Positions 16,104 through 25,921 of a stretch of 64,000 bases of DNA are shown piece by piece; positions within the stretch are counted from its first letter, which is position 1; every line of letters begins with the position of its first letter. Where the stretch lies: IMG/VR virus record IMGVR_UViG_3300027749_000047, positions 32,001 through 96,000 of that record; one strand, written 5' to 3'. The notes beneath the pieces are model-generated. The model made no database searches. It worked only from the letters and a program-made list of their open reading frames with translations, and was not told the DNA's origin. The DNA comes from a virus. Both the position numbers and the translations under genes were made by a program.

Positions 16104-17661
16104 TGTACGTTTGGCGGCTAGACAGACTGATGGGTTAAATGCGACACCTGCTGATATTCAGGCAATAGAGGAATTAAAAAATGCTTCTCCTTTTATGGAG
16201 CTTGGTACTACAGGTTTAAAGCGTGCCGGTGGTTACATTGATGAGCAGTTTCTTCCGCAGTTGCGTGGGCGTAAGGCTGTTCAAGTCTTTAAGGAAATGG
16301 CTGAGAATGACCCTTTAGTGGGTTCTTTGTGGTTCACTATTGATCGTCTTATTCGTAATGTTGAGTGGCGTGTTGAGCCTGCTAGTAAGTCTAAAGAAGA
16401 TACAGATAATGCCAAACTTGTAGAAACTTGTATGGATGACATGTCTCATACTTGGGATGACTTTATTTCTGAAGTTTTGTCTTGTGTCATTTATGGCTGG
16501 TCTTGGCATGAGATTGTTTATAAGCGTCGTATTGGTCCTTGGGAAAAAGATTCTTCTAAGCGTTCTAAGTACACTGATGGTCTTATTGGTTGGCGTAAGA
16601 TGCCTATTCGTGCGCAGGAAACTTTGTTGCGTTGGGCGTTTGATGATACGGGCGATGTGTCTGCAATGATTCAGTTGGCTCCGCCTCGTTATGAAACTAA
16701 AGTTTTACCTATTGAGCGTTCTTTGTTGTTTCGTTATCGTCATCAAAAAGGTAATCCTGAGGGTATGTCGATGCTTCGTCAGGCTTATCGTCCTTGGTAC
16801 ATGAAGAAGCGCCTTGAAGAGTATGAGGCTGTTGGTATTGAGCGTGACCTTGCTGGTTTACCTGTTGTTAAGGTTCCGGCAGAGTTTTTGCGTGCTAAGC
16901 CAGGTTCACAGCAAGCCCAAACTGTTGAAGCGTTTAAGCGCATGGTTAAGAGTGTGCGTCGCGATGAGCAAGAAGGCATTGTCTTTCCTATGGCTTACGA
17001 TCAAGATACTAAGCAACCTTTGTATTCTTTTGAACTCATGGGTGGCGGTGGTGCTCGTGCTTTTAATACTGATGCGATTATTCAGCGTTATGAGCAGCGT
17101 ATTCTTATGTCTGTGCTTGCTGACTTTATTATGGTCGGCCATGAGGGTAGCGGTTCTTACAGTTTGCATACCGATAAGACAGGTATCTTCCGTACATCTT
17201 TGAACTCTATTGCGGGTTCTATTGCGGATACGCTCAATCGGTATGCAATCCCTCGTTTGTTTTCTGTTAATGGTATGAAGCCTTCAGAGTTGCCTAAGAT
17301 TGTTCCTGGTGATGTTGATAGTCCAGATATTTCACAGTTGGCTCAGTTTATGTCTGCTATGTCTAGTACTGGTGTTACTTGGTTCCCAGATCCAACTATG
17401 GAAAACTTTATTCGCGATGCTGCGCGTTTGCCTAAACTTAATGATGAAGATGAAGAGCGTCGTCGTCAGATGCAGATGCGTACGGAAGCTACTCAGTATG
17501 CTCAGGCTAATATTGCGTATGTTCAGGCTAAGCAACAGTTGGCTCAAACTCTTATGGGTCAGATGCAGCAACCTGGTCAGCCGGGTCAACCTGCGCAACA
17601 AGATAGTCAACAAAATGCTGCGCAACAAGATAGTCAACAAAATCCTCAACAGGGGCAGTAA
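16093..17661 (+). CDS. Portal protein (DUF935/Mu gp29-like)
   Basis: 522 aa downstream of TerL; YGWSWHEIVY, GNPEGMSMLRQAY and ERDLAGLP; Gln-rich tail. Confidence 0.85.
   Translation: MSDDVRLAARQTDGLNATPADIQAIEELKNASPFMELGTTGLKRAGGYIDEQFLPQLRGRKAVQVFKEMAENDPLVGSLWFTIDRLIRNVEWRVEPASKSKEDTDNAKLVETCMDDMSHTWDDFISEVLSCVIYGWSWHEIVYKRRIGPWEKDSSKRSKYTDGLIGWRKMPIRAQETLLRWAFDDTGDVSAMIQLAPPRYETKVLPIERSLLFRYRHQKGNPEGMSMLRQAYRPWYMKKRLEEYEAVGIERDLAGLPVVKVPAEFLRAKPGSQQAQTVEAFKRMVKSVRRDEQEGIVFPMAYDQDTKQPLYSFELMGGGGARAFNTDAIIQRYEQRILMSVLADFIMVGHEGSGSYSLHTDKTGIFRTSLNSIAGSIADTLNRYAIPRLFSVNGMKPSELPKIVPGDVDSPDISQLAQFMSAMSSTGVTWFPDPTMENFIRDAARLPKLNDEDEERRRQMQMRTEATQYAQANIAYVQAKQQLAQTLMGQMQQPGQPGQPAQQDSQQNAAQQDSQQNPQQGQ
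17591..17644 (+). repeat. 27-bp tandem repeat in the portal Gln-rich tail
   Basis: CTGCGCAACAAGATAGTCAACAAAAT occurs twice. Confidence 0.85.
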
Positions 17662-17918
17662 TGAATTTAACACTTGAACGTAGGGCGCAAATAACTGTTG
17701 CTGGTGCTTGTGCTCACATTGCTCAGGAAAACAATGCTGATGCTGCCAAATTGGTTAATATGTTTGTTACTGATGTTATGGAAGAAAATGGCATTAAGTT
17801 TGATGAGGCTTTGGAGATGCTTGCGCGTGCGGGTATTGCTATTTCTATGATGGCTGCTGAGCCTGATGTTGAGGAAACTTTTCGCCGTATTACTTTGACG
17901 TTGAGTGAGTTGCAGTGA
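17661..17918 (+). CDS. Hypothetical protein
   Basis: Translationally coupled ORF after the portal. Confidence 0.65.
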   Translation: MNLTLERRAQITVAGACAHIAQENNADAAKLVNMFVTDVMEENGIKFDEALEMLARAGIAISMMAAEPDVEETFRRITLTLSELQ

Positions 17919-19096
17919 ATAAGAAAAACAAAAATAGGCTTCATGGTGTTGAAGCTGCTGCAGTTGGTGGCAGTGTTGCTGGTGTTGGCGCAAACATTAA
18001 TTATCGTTCTGAAAAGGCTTTGCGTGCTTCTGGCAAAAAGGGTTTGTGGGATGCTACTAAAGCGCGTGAATTGGGTGTGGAGCATGCCAAGTTTGTTGGC
18101 TCTAAGTTAGGCGCTCGAGGTTTGCAGGTTACGGGTATTCCTTTGGCACTTGTTGGTGCTAAGCATGCTGTTACTGGCGAGCCTACTCGCCGTTTAGATA
18201 TTCATCATGATGTTGTTAAACCTGTGGCGCATAATGCTGTTATGGCTGATCAGTTAAAGCGTGGTGAAAAGAATTTAAGTAAAGCTGATGTTCCCGATTA
18301 TGAGGATAAGATTCTTAGTTCTAAGCGTCGCGCTAAAAACTTTTCTCGCGTTGCTGGCACTTTAGGTTTGGCTGCTCTTGGTACACGTGCGCCTGAGATT
18401 GCTAATTATGCCGCTAAGAAGGCACCTAAACTTGCTACTAATAAACATGTTGCAGGTATTATTGCTCATGAGCCTAAAGCAACTAAAGCTTCTAATACTT
18501 TAGGTATTGGTGCTATTGGCGTTGGCGCACTTGGTTCTTTTAATAATGCTAAGTTACAAAATCTTGAGTTTAAGCAAGGTAAGCAACGTAAGGCTGGTAT
18601 TGCTAAACGTGATGATAAGTTTTTAGCACAGCATCGTAATCGTATTAGTCCTGAGGCTGAAGAGGGATATAAATATCTACGCAATGGTGTCAAGCATCGT
18701 ACTTTTGATGCCGCCGCTGCAGGCGCCTTAGGTACTGGCGTTATTGCCTATTCTGCTAGAGATTTGCGTCATAAAAATAAGGCTGGCGCTGCTTTGGGTA
18801 CGTTGGCTGGTGCTATTACACTTAAAGAAGCGCATGATAATTATAAGGCTGCTAGGTCTTGGAATGCTAAGGCTAATAAGATTAAGGCTAAAGCTTATGA
18901 GCGTGAGGCTGCTGGTGAGTGGGGCAAGAATCGTCAAGTTACTGTTGCTAAGTCTTTGTGGGATGTTGATAAAGCATCTTTAGGTATGGTGCCTAATGTT
19001 CCTAAAGGTTTGATGCGTCGTCCGGCTATTAGGCAAGGGCATTTGATGAGAACGCGTAGTGGTAAGGTTGTTTCTGTTAATGGGTCGATTGGTTAA
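17915..19096 (+). CDS. Putative internal head polyprotein (basic, Gly/Ala hydrophobic segments)
   Basis: LSKAD, IAKRD, VAKSL and VDKAS motifs separate modules that each carry two hydrophobic helices. Confidence 0.65.
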   Translation: MNKKNKNRLHGVEAAAVGGSVAGVGANINYRSEKALRASGKKGLWDATKARELGVEHAKFVGSKLGARGLQVTGIPLALVGAKHAVTGEPTRRLDIHHDVVKPVAHNAVMADQLKRGEKNLSKADVPDYEDKILSSKRRAKNFSRVAGTLGLAALGTRAPEIANYAAKKAPKLATNKHVAGIIAHEPKATKASNTLGIGAIGVGALGSFNNAKLQNLEFKQGKQRKAGIAKRDDKFLAQHRNRISPEAEEGYKYLRNGVKHRTFDAAAAGALGTGVIAYSARDLRHKNKAGAALGTLAGAITLKEAHDNYKAARSWNAKANKIKAKAYEREAAGEWGKNRQVTVAKSLWDVDKASLGMVPNVPKGLMRRPAIRQGHLMRTRSGKVVSVNGSIG

Positions 19097-19107
19097 GGGG
19101 TTTTGTT

Positions 19108-22100
19108 GTGTCATTGCTTGATGCGGTTCGTAAGGCTGTAGAGGAAGACCCTGAAGGTGGTTCTATTCTCATTGATGAGATTGTTTATTCTTTTTTGGCT
19201 GATGAGGCTGAGCAGATTCGTCCTGAAGTTCAGGAAATGTTATCTGAGTTTATGGCTGACCGTGTTGCTGTCGCTAAACGTGCGTTAGGTCGTGCTTATG
19301 TTGAAACTATGGCTAATGGTGAATACCCTGACCCTGAAGTTCAGAAGAATGCTGAGTGGATTGCTGGCATCGAGCGTTTTGTTGCTTCAGATATTTCTAA
19401 GGCTGATGATCGTCCTTTTGATGAGCGGTTGCATCCTCGTGGTAGCGGTGGTCGTTTTAGCACTAAAGCGCCTCATGCGGCTGAGGTAGCGGCTGGTGCT
19501 TATGTTGGTTATGCTGGCGCACAGCATCCTAAAAAGCATAGTGCTACTACTAAAACTCATGTAATGCCCGATGGTAGTGGTAAAAATGTTTATTCTGAGG
19601 GTATTGATGTAGATACTAAGAAACTTGTTGACCAGCATCAGTATCAATGGGATGCAGCTAATCAGCAGGCTAGTGATATTTTAAATAGTTTTGGTGGCGA
19701 TGCTAAAAATGTTAATCTACATATCACTGTTCAGAATAAACATAATGACAAAATGCGCGACATTATTGTCCCAGGTAGTGATGCTAAAGGTGGTTTGCCT
19801 GAAGATGCTGCTTGGTCATTAAATGATGATTACAAGTCTATGAGTGTTGAATCAGCAAAGTTAGATAGTCCTGATAAGCAAATTATGATTGATAGGCGCG
19901 TGGATGCCTACAATGTTATGGGTAATGCTGGTGGTCCTGCTATGGCAGAGTTAGGCGCTGTCGACCCTGCACGCTATTCTCAGTTACGCACTTCTATGGG
20001 CCGTAATTACATGCGCGATAACAAAAAGTCTAAAATGACTACGTTTTTTGACCGATTGCATGCTGGTGGTGGAGTTCTTCGAGAAGTCCCAGGTATGGAA
20101 AAGTATGGTCGTTTTGCACAGTTTGTTGGCGTTAATGGCCCAGAGGCTGAAGAAGCGCTTGGTCCTTATGCTAAACAAGCTGCGTATCGTTACCGCGGCA
20201 CTGAGAAAGAGCCAGATTTAGAAATAGTTACACAGTTCAATAGCACTACTATGAATGCTGTTAATGCTGTGGCTGTTAATCCTAATAATAAGTTGGCTAT
20301 GGATCATCTTGAAAATGAAATTTCTGGTCAGGGTGAGAAGGATGTAGTTGCTACTTCTGCTGTTTATGAAATGAATCACTTAAAGCGCACTCGTGGTGGT
20401 GAATACACTCCGGATGAATTAGCGCTTAATGTTCGTGCTGATGTGGCTACACGTCATTTGTTAAACACTTTACCAACTGACCCTTTTGTAGCTGATTTGT
20501 CACGCGCTGCAGGTAATGTTTTGCCTTCGCAAGGAATTATTATTGATGCTGATGGCGATGTTGTTTCGCAGTCTGTTGGTTTTGCGGATGACCACTATTT
20601 GCCGTTTGATCTTAAGAATCTTAAGTCTTTGCGTGGCGGTCAGTATGTTCGTACGCGCCAGCAAGGCGGTTTGACTGCTGAGGATGTTTACGCGTCTATT
20701 CGTACGGGTGCGCGTATGGCTACGGTTGTTTCATCTTCTGGTGTGTTTTCTTTAGAGTTTGACCCTAACTTCCGTGGTGCTCGCGCCAATTCTGATAAGG
20801 CTCGTCAGATGGTTGATCGTTATGTCAGCATTCTTGATGCAGTTCAAAATTCTAATCTTTACACTCAAGACATTGACCAGAAAGAAAAAGAGCGCTTAAA
20901 GGGTTTGGCTAACTCAATGGGTGCTACTGATGCAGAACGTAAGGATTTGTTTAATCATTATGTTGATCAAGCACGTAACGCTGGTGAGAATCTTAATGAA
21001 CAAGATTTACAGTTAATTCAAGAAGATGCTGTTAAACAGGTTGATAATGAAGGCTTTAAGTACAAGAATGAGCGTTACAATCGCCGTGTTAATGAAGTGT
21101 TTGATGAAATGGCTGAGCAAAAGCGTGCGCAACGCGTTTCGCGTCTAAATCTTAATTCAAAGGGTTATGATGCTGCGTTGCAGACTTTGCAGCAACAGTT
21201 CCCGTATTTTATTCGTTCTGTTAAGTATCAGCCTTTGACTGCTGATAAGAATGGCCAGCGCGGCTTTTTACAGTCTCTTGGTCAGTCTGGTGCTGCAGGT
21301 GCTCGTCAAAAGTTGTCTGCTAAAGACCAGGGTTATGTTAATGCTGGTGCTGGTGACCTTCGACCTAATGTTGGTTACCCAAAGCCTGCTGAAGAAAAGA
21401 TTGGTGCTGGCGCTACTAGCGAAACTAAACCAACTACTGGTGGTACTGAATCTAGTACTGCAGAGGCACCTAAGCCTAAGTCTGTTCCTAAGGCTAAATT
21501 CTTGGGTGATTTGGAAGTATTTACTGCTAGTGCCAATAAAGAAGCGGCGTCTGAAGTTGAAGAATTAGCATCTATTTTCCGTAGTCATGACCCAGGAATT
21601 CAAGGTGTTCCAGGTACTACTGAGTGGTCTGTAGCAAAAGGCGCTTTTGAAACTACTGGCGATAAACGTTTGGCTGCTAAGTATTTATTAGCTGCTTCAA
21701 ACAATGGCGAGCATGATGCTTTGGCTAAGGCTTACAAGTCAGACCCTGCTATTGTTGGTGCTGTTTTGTCAGATGAAAAAGCAGTTAAAGAAGCTCTTTC
21801 TGCTCTGTATGGTTCTGCTTGGCAAGGCGAGGCAGAAATTAGTTTTGGAATGTCACTTAAAGATTTGCAGGGAAATGTTCATTATGTGGCCGATAAAATT
21901 AACGAGGCTTTGGAATTAAAAACACCCTATGCCCCTGCATCTCATGGCCCTGCTGGTTTATTTTACACAGGCAATAAGCCTCAAGAAATGGCTGAGTTGG
22001 CTGCAGTTAACGATAAAGCAGGTCTCAAGAGCATGATTAATGCTAGCCCTGCTGTTGCCGAAATTGCTTCAGATCTTGATGGTTTAGATAATGCACAAAT

Positions 22101-22584
22101 GAGTGAACTTGTTGGCGAGCGTGTTGCTGTGCTTAAGAAAGCCAAGGATGCTCGTATTAGTGAATTGTTTAGCGCTGAGGCTGCTATTAATCCAGATGAT
22201 GCGCCCGCTAAGGCTTTATCAAAAGCAGATATTACTCCAGATGAGTGGAAAGCCGCTATGGGCTCTAGTGCTAGTTCACATTTTGGTACGTTCCAACAAT
22301 TCTTACCTGAAACCATTGATCAGCGTGCTCAGGCTACCCAGACTGCTTGGGGTGCTATTTACACGTCTAATTTGATGGATAAGTTGGAGGAGTTGAAAGC
22401 ATCTTCCGCTAAGGCAGGTGGTGTTGAGGCCCCAAAAGCGGAACCCCCAGTGGGGGAATTAGCGAAAAGCCAGCCGGTGTCCTCGTCCCGACGGGTGCAA
22501 GTCGCGAAGAACCATTGGCTAGCCCAAGAGGTAGCGGTGAGGCGCGAGGCGGGCCTACCTCTGGTGCCGACCCGCAAAAGGTAG
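19108..22584 (+). CDS. Large head-associated protein with HPR motif and degenerate JAB-like domain; probable -1 frameshift extension
   Basis: ISKADDRPFDERLHPRGSGGRF; IIIDADGDVV..GGLTAEDV; slippery site at 22431. Confidence 0.7.
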   Translation: MSLLDAVRKAVEEDPEGGSILIDEIVYSFLADEAEQIRPEVQEMLSEFMADRVAVAKRALGRAYVETMANGEYPDPEVQKNAEWIAGIERFVASDISKADDRPFDERLHPRGSGGRFSTKAPHAAEVAAGAYVGYAGAQHPKKHSATTKTHVMPDGSGKNVYSEGIDVDTKKLVDQHQYQWDAANQQASDILNSFGGDAKNVNLHITVQNKHNDKMRDIIVPGSDAKGGLPEDAAWSLNDDYKSMSVESAKLDSPDKQIMIDRRVDAYNVMGNAGGPAMAELGAVDPARYSQLRTSMGRNYMRDNKKSKMTTFFDRLHAGGGVLREVPGMEKYGRFAQFVGVNGPEAEEALGPYAKQAAYRYRGTEKEPDLEIVTQFNSTTMNAVNAVAVNPNNKLAMDHLENEISGQGEKDVVATSAVYEMNHLKRTRGGEYTPDELALNVRADVATRHLLNTLPTDPFVADLSRAAGNVLPSQGIIIDADGDVVSQSVGFADDHYLPFDLKNLKSLRGGQYVRTRQQGGLTAEDVYASIRTGARMATVVSSSGVFSLEFDPNFRGARANSDKARQMVDRYVSILDAVQNSNLYTQDIDQKEKERLKGLANSMGATDAERKDLFNHYVDQARNAGENLNEQDLQLIQEDAVKQVDNEGFKYKNERYNRRVNEVFDEMAEQKRAQRVSRLNLNSKGYDAALQTLQQQFPYFIRSVKYQPLTADKNGQRGFLQSLGQSGAAGARQKLSAKDQGYVNAGAGDLRPNVGYPKPAEEKIGAGATSETKPTTGGTESSTAEAPKPKSVPKAKFLGDLEVFTASANKEAASEVEELASIFRSHDPGIQGVPGTTEWSVAKGAFETTGDKRLAAKYLLAASNNGEHDALAKAYKSDPAIVGAVLSDEKAVKEALSALYGSAWQGEAEISFGMSLKDLQGNVHYVADKINEALELKTPYAPASHGPAGLFYTGNKPQEMAELAAVNDKAGLKSMINASPAVAEIASDLDGLDNAQMSELVGERVAVLKKAKDARISELFSAEAAINPDDAPAKALSKADITPDEWKAAMGSSASSHFGTFQQFLPETIDQRAQATQTAWGAIYTSNLMDKLEELKASSAKAGGVEAPKAEPPVGELAKSQPVSSSRRVQVAKNHWLAQEVAVRREAGLPLVPTRKR
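22431..22456 (+). other. Candidate programmed -1 ribosomal frameshift signal
   Basis: In-frame heptamer C CCA AAA, 6-nt spacer, then CCCCC-AGT-GGGGG hairpin. The -1 frame opens just after TGA 22425-22427 and continues into the AAA ORF. Confidence 0.75.
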
Positions 22585-23378
22585 AAGAAATTAGTGCTGA
22601 CCTTCATTCAATGATTGGTATGAATAGTGTCGCTAACGAAGTTGATAGTCTTGTTGCTACTGGTTTAATTAACCAAAAGCGTGAAGATGCTGGTTTGCCT
22701 GTTTCTCGTAATGCTAAGCATTTGGTGTTTGTTGGCGAGCCTGGTACTGGTAAAACTACGGTTGCTAAGAAATTGGCTAAGTTGTATAACGCTGCTGGTC
22801 TTTTGCCTAGTAGTAAGGTTGTTGAAACTGACCGTAGTAAGTTGGTTGGGCAGTATGGCAATAACATTTCTGATCGTGTGCGTCAAGAGTTTGAGAAGGC
22901 TCGTGGTGGTGTTTTGTTTGTTGATGAGGCTTACACTCTTGCGGATGACCAGTTTGGTAAAGAAGCTGCTACTCAGTTGATGAAAATGATGGAAGAGCAT
23001 AAAGACGATACCGTGGTTATTGTTGCTGGTTATCCGGGTGAAATGGATAAGTTTATGAGTCTTAATCCTGGCATGAAGTCGCGTTTCTCTAAAACAGTTA
23101 ATTTCCCTAATTATTCACATAAAGAACAAGTTCAAATTCTTGAGCAACGTATGGCTAAACATAAAGATGTTGTTGATAGTCCTAAGACCGCTAAGGCGCT
23201 AAATAATGCTGTTCGTGTTGCTACTGCTGAGGGTGGCAATGGTCGCGCTATGGAACGTCTACATGCTAAGTTGGAAGAAAGCCGTAATGTGCGTTTGAGT
23301 CGCATGCCTGATGTATCTGAGGAAGATTTGTCAGTATTTACTATTGATGATGTAAACTCGGCTATTGCTTCTAATTGA
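22515..23378 (+). CDS. SpoVK/CbxX(CfxQ)/EccA-family AAA+ ATPase (probably expressed as a frameshift fusion)
   Basis: HLVFVGEPGTGKT, VLFVDEAYTL, VIVAGY and NPGMKSRF. The TTG start has no clear RBS. Confidence 0.9.
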   Translation: MASPRGSGEARGGPTSGADPQKVEEISADLHSMIGMNSVANEVDSLVATGLINQKREDAGLPVSRNAKHLVFVGEPGTGKTTVAKKLAKLYNAAGLLPSSKVVETDRSKLVGQYGNNISDRVRQEFEKARGGVLFVDEAYTLADDQFGKEAATQLMKMMEEHKDDTVVIVAGYPGEMDKFMSLNPGMKSRFSKTVNFPNYSHKEQVQILEQRMAKHKDVVDSPKTAKALNNAVRVATAEGGNGRAMERLHAKLEESRNVRLSRMPDVSEEDLSVFTIDDVNSAIASN

Positions 23379-23390
23379 AAGTAGGGGATT

Positions 23391-25886
23391 GTGAATCGTT
23401 GGTGGGCCAGCCCAGAGACTTCTACAGTTGTTCTAAAATCTGTTGATGATTCTGATGTTATCAATGGCGTTGGTGTGGCTATTCTTGGCTATCACGGGCT
23501 CGCTATGGGCGTTTTACAGCCTTTAGTTACTCAGACACTAGTTGATACTTATACGGTGCGTAAGGCTTTGTCTGGGATTGATTTAGAGCCTATTGCTAAA
23601 GCGTTATCTGAGGCTACTAAACCAGTTATGGGTGAGGCTTCTGAACGTTATGGAAAGTTGCTTGCTGATGCTATTCATGAGAAAGCTACTGATTCTACTG
23701 AGCGTCTTTTACATACTTGGACTAATAATGGTATGCCGTGGCCTAATGCGATTGAAAGGGCTGCTGAAGTTCATGGCGTTCCTATTGAGCGTTTGGGTCG
23801 TTATGCCACTGTTATGAAAGGCGCTACGGTTAATCCTCATATTCGTGCTGATTATGCTGATCGTGAGCTTATGACTTACGCATCCGTTATAGGTAGCCGC
23901 GAGGCTTCTATTTCTCCTGAATTAATTTCTAAACAATCTAGTGAGTTTGAAGAGTTACATCCCCGGTCTGTTAATGGTCAATTTACTGATAAAGCTGAAG
24001 TTTTAGATTTACGCGCCAAATTAAATAAATTTAAAAAACTTAAGAATGCACGCGAAGTTGGGTCACAGATTAAGCGCGGTACTTTTGAATTTGCTAAACC
24101 ACAAACGTCTAATCAAAAGCATGTAAAAGTTCAACCTCAAGTTAAAACTATGGCTACTGAAACTACTGGCACTAATTTTCGTACTAACTTTAAAAAAACT
24201 CCTTTTAAAAAACCTAATTTTAAAATAGAGCCAAAACCTGAACATCCAACAGTTGCTACTTTGTTTGTTGAAGGCGATTTATACATCCCTGTTAATCAAG
24301 ATTTGCTTAAAGATTTTCAAAAGCAAGGTAATCAGTTTGTTGCTGGTGATGTGGTTGATTTGTCACCTGATCGTTTGCAAGGCGAATTGATGGCTTTGGG
24401 TAAAAATGGTTTTAGTGATTACATTGAAACGCGTGGTTTGAGAACTGTTATTGACGAAAAAACTGTGTTTTTGCGGTGTTCTTCTACTCCTGTTTATAAA
24501 AACCGCGCTGAAGTTTTAACTAATTCTTCTGGTTTTCCTCATGCTGATGATTTTGTGGAAAGTTTTGTTGTTCCTAAAGCGCATTTTAGGTTGGTTACTG
24601 GTAAACCAGAACCTCGTAGTTTGATGTCTTTAATTAATCAGGGTAAGTATAAACAATATGCGGCGTCTGATGATGATATGTTTGAAGACAAATTTGTTGT
24701 TGATTCTAGTGATTTTTTGATTTATGACATTCAGTTATTGAATGATGATCCTGAATTATGGGAAGAAGATATTAGTAAAAACTTGTCTGAGGATGAATTA
24801 CAGCATTTTAATGAAGAGCATCCTCGGTCTGTTAACGGTCAGTTTGCTGATAAAAATGTTTCTGATTTGAAAGCTAAGTTGGATAAGCGCAATAAGATGG
24901 CTCGTCAGCGTGAGATTGGCCAAAAGGCTAAACAGGGTAATTTTGAGTTTAAGCAGTCTAATCGTAGTAAAGTTGAGTCACGTCAGAAGGCTGAAGTTTT
25001 GCGTAATGAAAAAGCACAGGCTGCTACTAATTTTAAGCAAAGTTTTAGAAATAATTTTAAGTATGTTTATCGTCAAGAAACAGAATACCCTTTAGATTTT
25101 GCTAATCTTTATGGTGTTATTATTCCTAGCGGTCATAGGTCTAAAATGTATGATCAGTGGCCTCATTTTAGTGATACAGACACTTATGGCGTAAAAAATG
25201 GCAGTGAAGCAAAAGAAATGCCTTCTGGTAGTCTTAGTGATTCTCGAACAATTGCAAAAGTTTTTGACCAAACGTATGGAAGCATGATGCTTTTGAAAAA
25301 AGAAAACAGAGTAGCAGGTGATGTAGCGTTGTCGCCTGTAATCGGCAACATTATTACACATGCTGATTATCGTGAACCCGAAGAAACAATAAAAGCATTT
25401 AGAATTGAGCCTAATGGTATGAATAGCGGTGAACATTCTTTTAATACTTCTGCTGAAGCAAAGCATGCTGCTAGTACTTATATGGAAAAAATTGAGCCAT
25501 CTAATGCTAATTTAGTTTGGCAACCTGAAGCGCGTTTTAATGAAGATGGCGGTTTTGATGCTATTTTGGCTGGTTATGAGCCTGAAGAAAAGTATCAAAT
25601 TATTATTGGTTCTTTTTCTGACATGCATGACACAAATGTATTTATGAATAAATTAAATAAACTTAAATTAGATAATGAACAATTTGAGCATTATTTGTCT
25701 AAGAATGTTGAGATAGTTCCATATACTGAAAATGATGTTGAAAATCTTAGGGATTTGCTAGCGTACGGCGATAGTGATGAATTAATTGATGAATTTAACG
25801 GTGCATCTAGGGATAAGGTCACAAATCCGCCTATTGAGTTGTATCAAATTAAGTTTAAAGGCAAGCGTGGAGAAAGCATTGTGTAA
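23391..25886 (+). CDS. Putative internal head polyprotein with two HPR-motif modules
   Basis: ISKQSSEFEELHPRSVNGQF and ISKN..FNEEHPRSVNGQF are an internal duplication. Confidence 0.65.
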   Translation: MNRWWASPETSTVVLKSVDDSDVINGVGVAILGYHGLAMGVLQPLVTQTLVDTYTVRKALSGIDLEPIAKALSEATKPVMGEASERYGKLLADAIHEKATDSTERLLHTWTNNGMPWPNAIERAAEVHGVPIERLGRYATVMKGATVNPHIRADYADRELMTYASVIGSREASISPELISKQSSEFEELHPRSVNGQFTDKAEVLDLRAKLNKFKKLKNAREVGSQIKRGTFEFAKPQTSNQKHVKVQPQVKTMATETTGTNFRTNFKKTPFKKPNFKIEPKPEHPTVATLFVEGDLYIPVNQDLLKDFQKQGNQFVAGDVVDLSPDRLQGELMALGKNGFSDYIETRGLRTVIDEKTVFLRCSSTPVYKNRAEVLTNSSGFPHADDFVESFVVPKAHFRLVTGKPEPRSLMSLINQGKYKQYAASDDDMFEDKFVVDSSDFLIYDIQLLNDDPELWEEDISKNLSEDELQHFNEEHPRSVNGQFADKNVSDLKAKLDKRNKMARQREIGQKAKQGNFEFKQSNRSKVESRQKAEVLRNEKAQAATNFKQSFRNNFKYVYRQETEYPLDFANLYGVIIPSGHRSKMYDQWPHFSDTDTYGVKNGSEAKEMPSGSLSDSRTIAKVFDQTYGSMMLLKKENRVAGDVALSPVIGNIITHADYREPEETIKAFRIEPNGMNSGEHSFNTSAEAKHAASTYMEKIEPSNANLVWQPEARFNEDGGFDAILAGYEPEEKYQIIIGSFSDMHDTNVFMNKLNKLKLDNEQFEHYLSKNVEIVPYTENDVENLRDLLAYGDSDELIDEFNGASRDKVTNPPIELYQIKFKGKRGESIV

Positions 25887-25921
25887 GATAAGATTGACCG
25901 TAATAAGAATTTGGAGAATCA

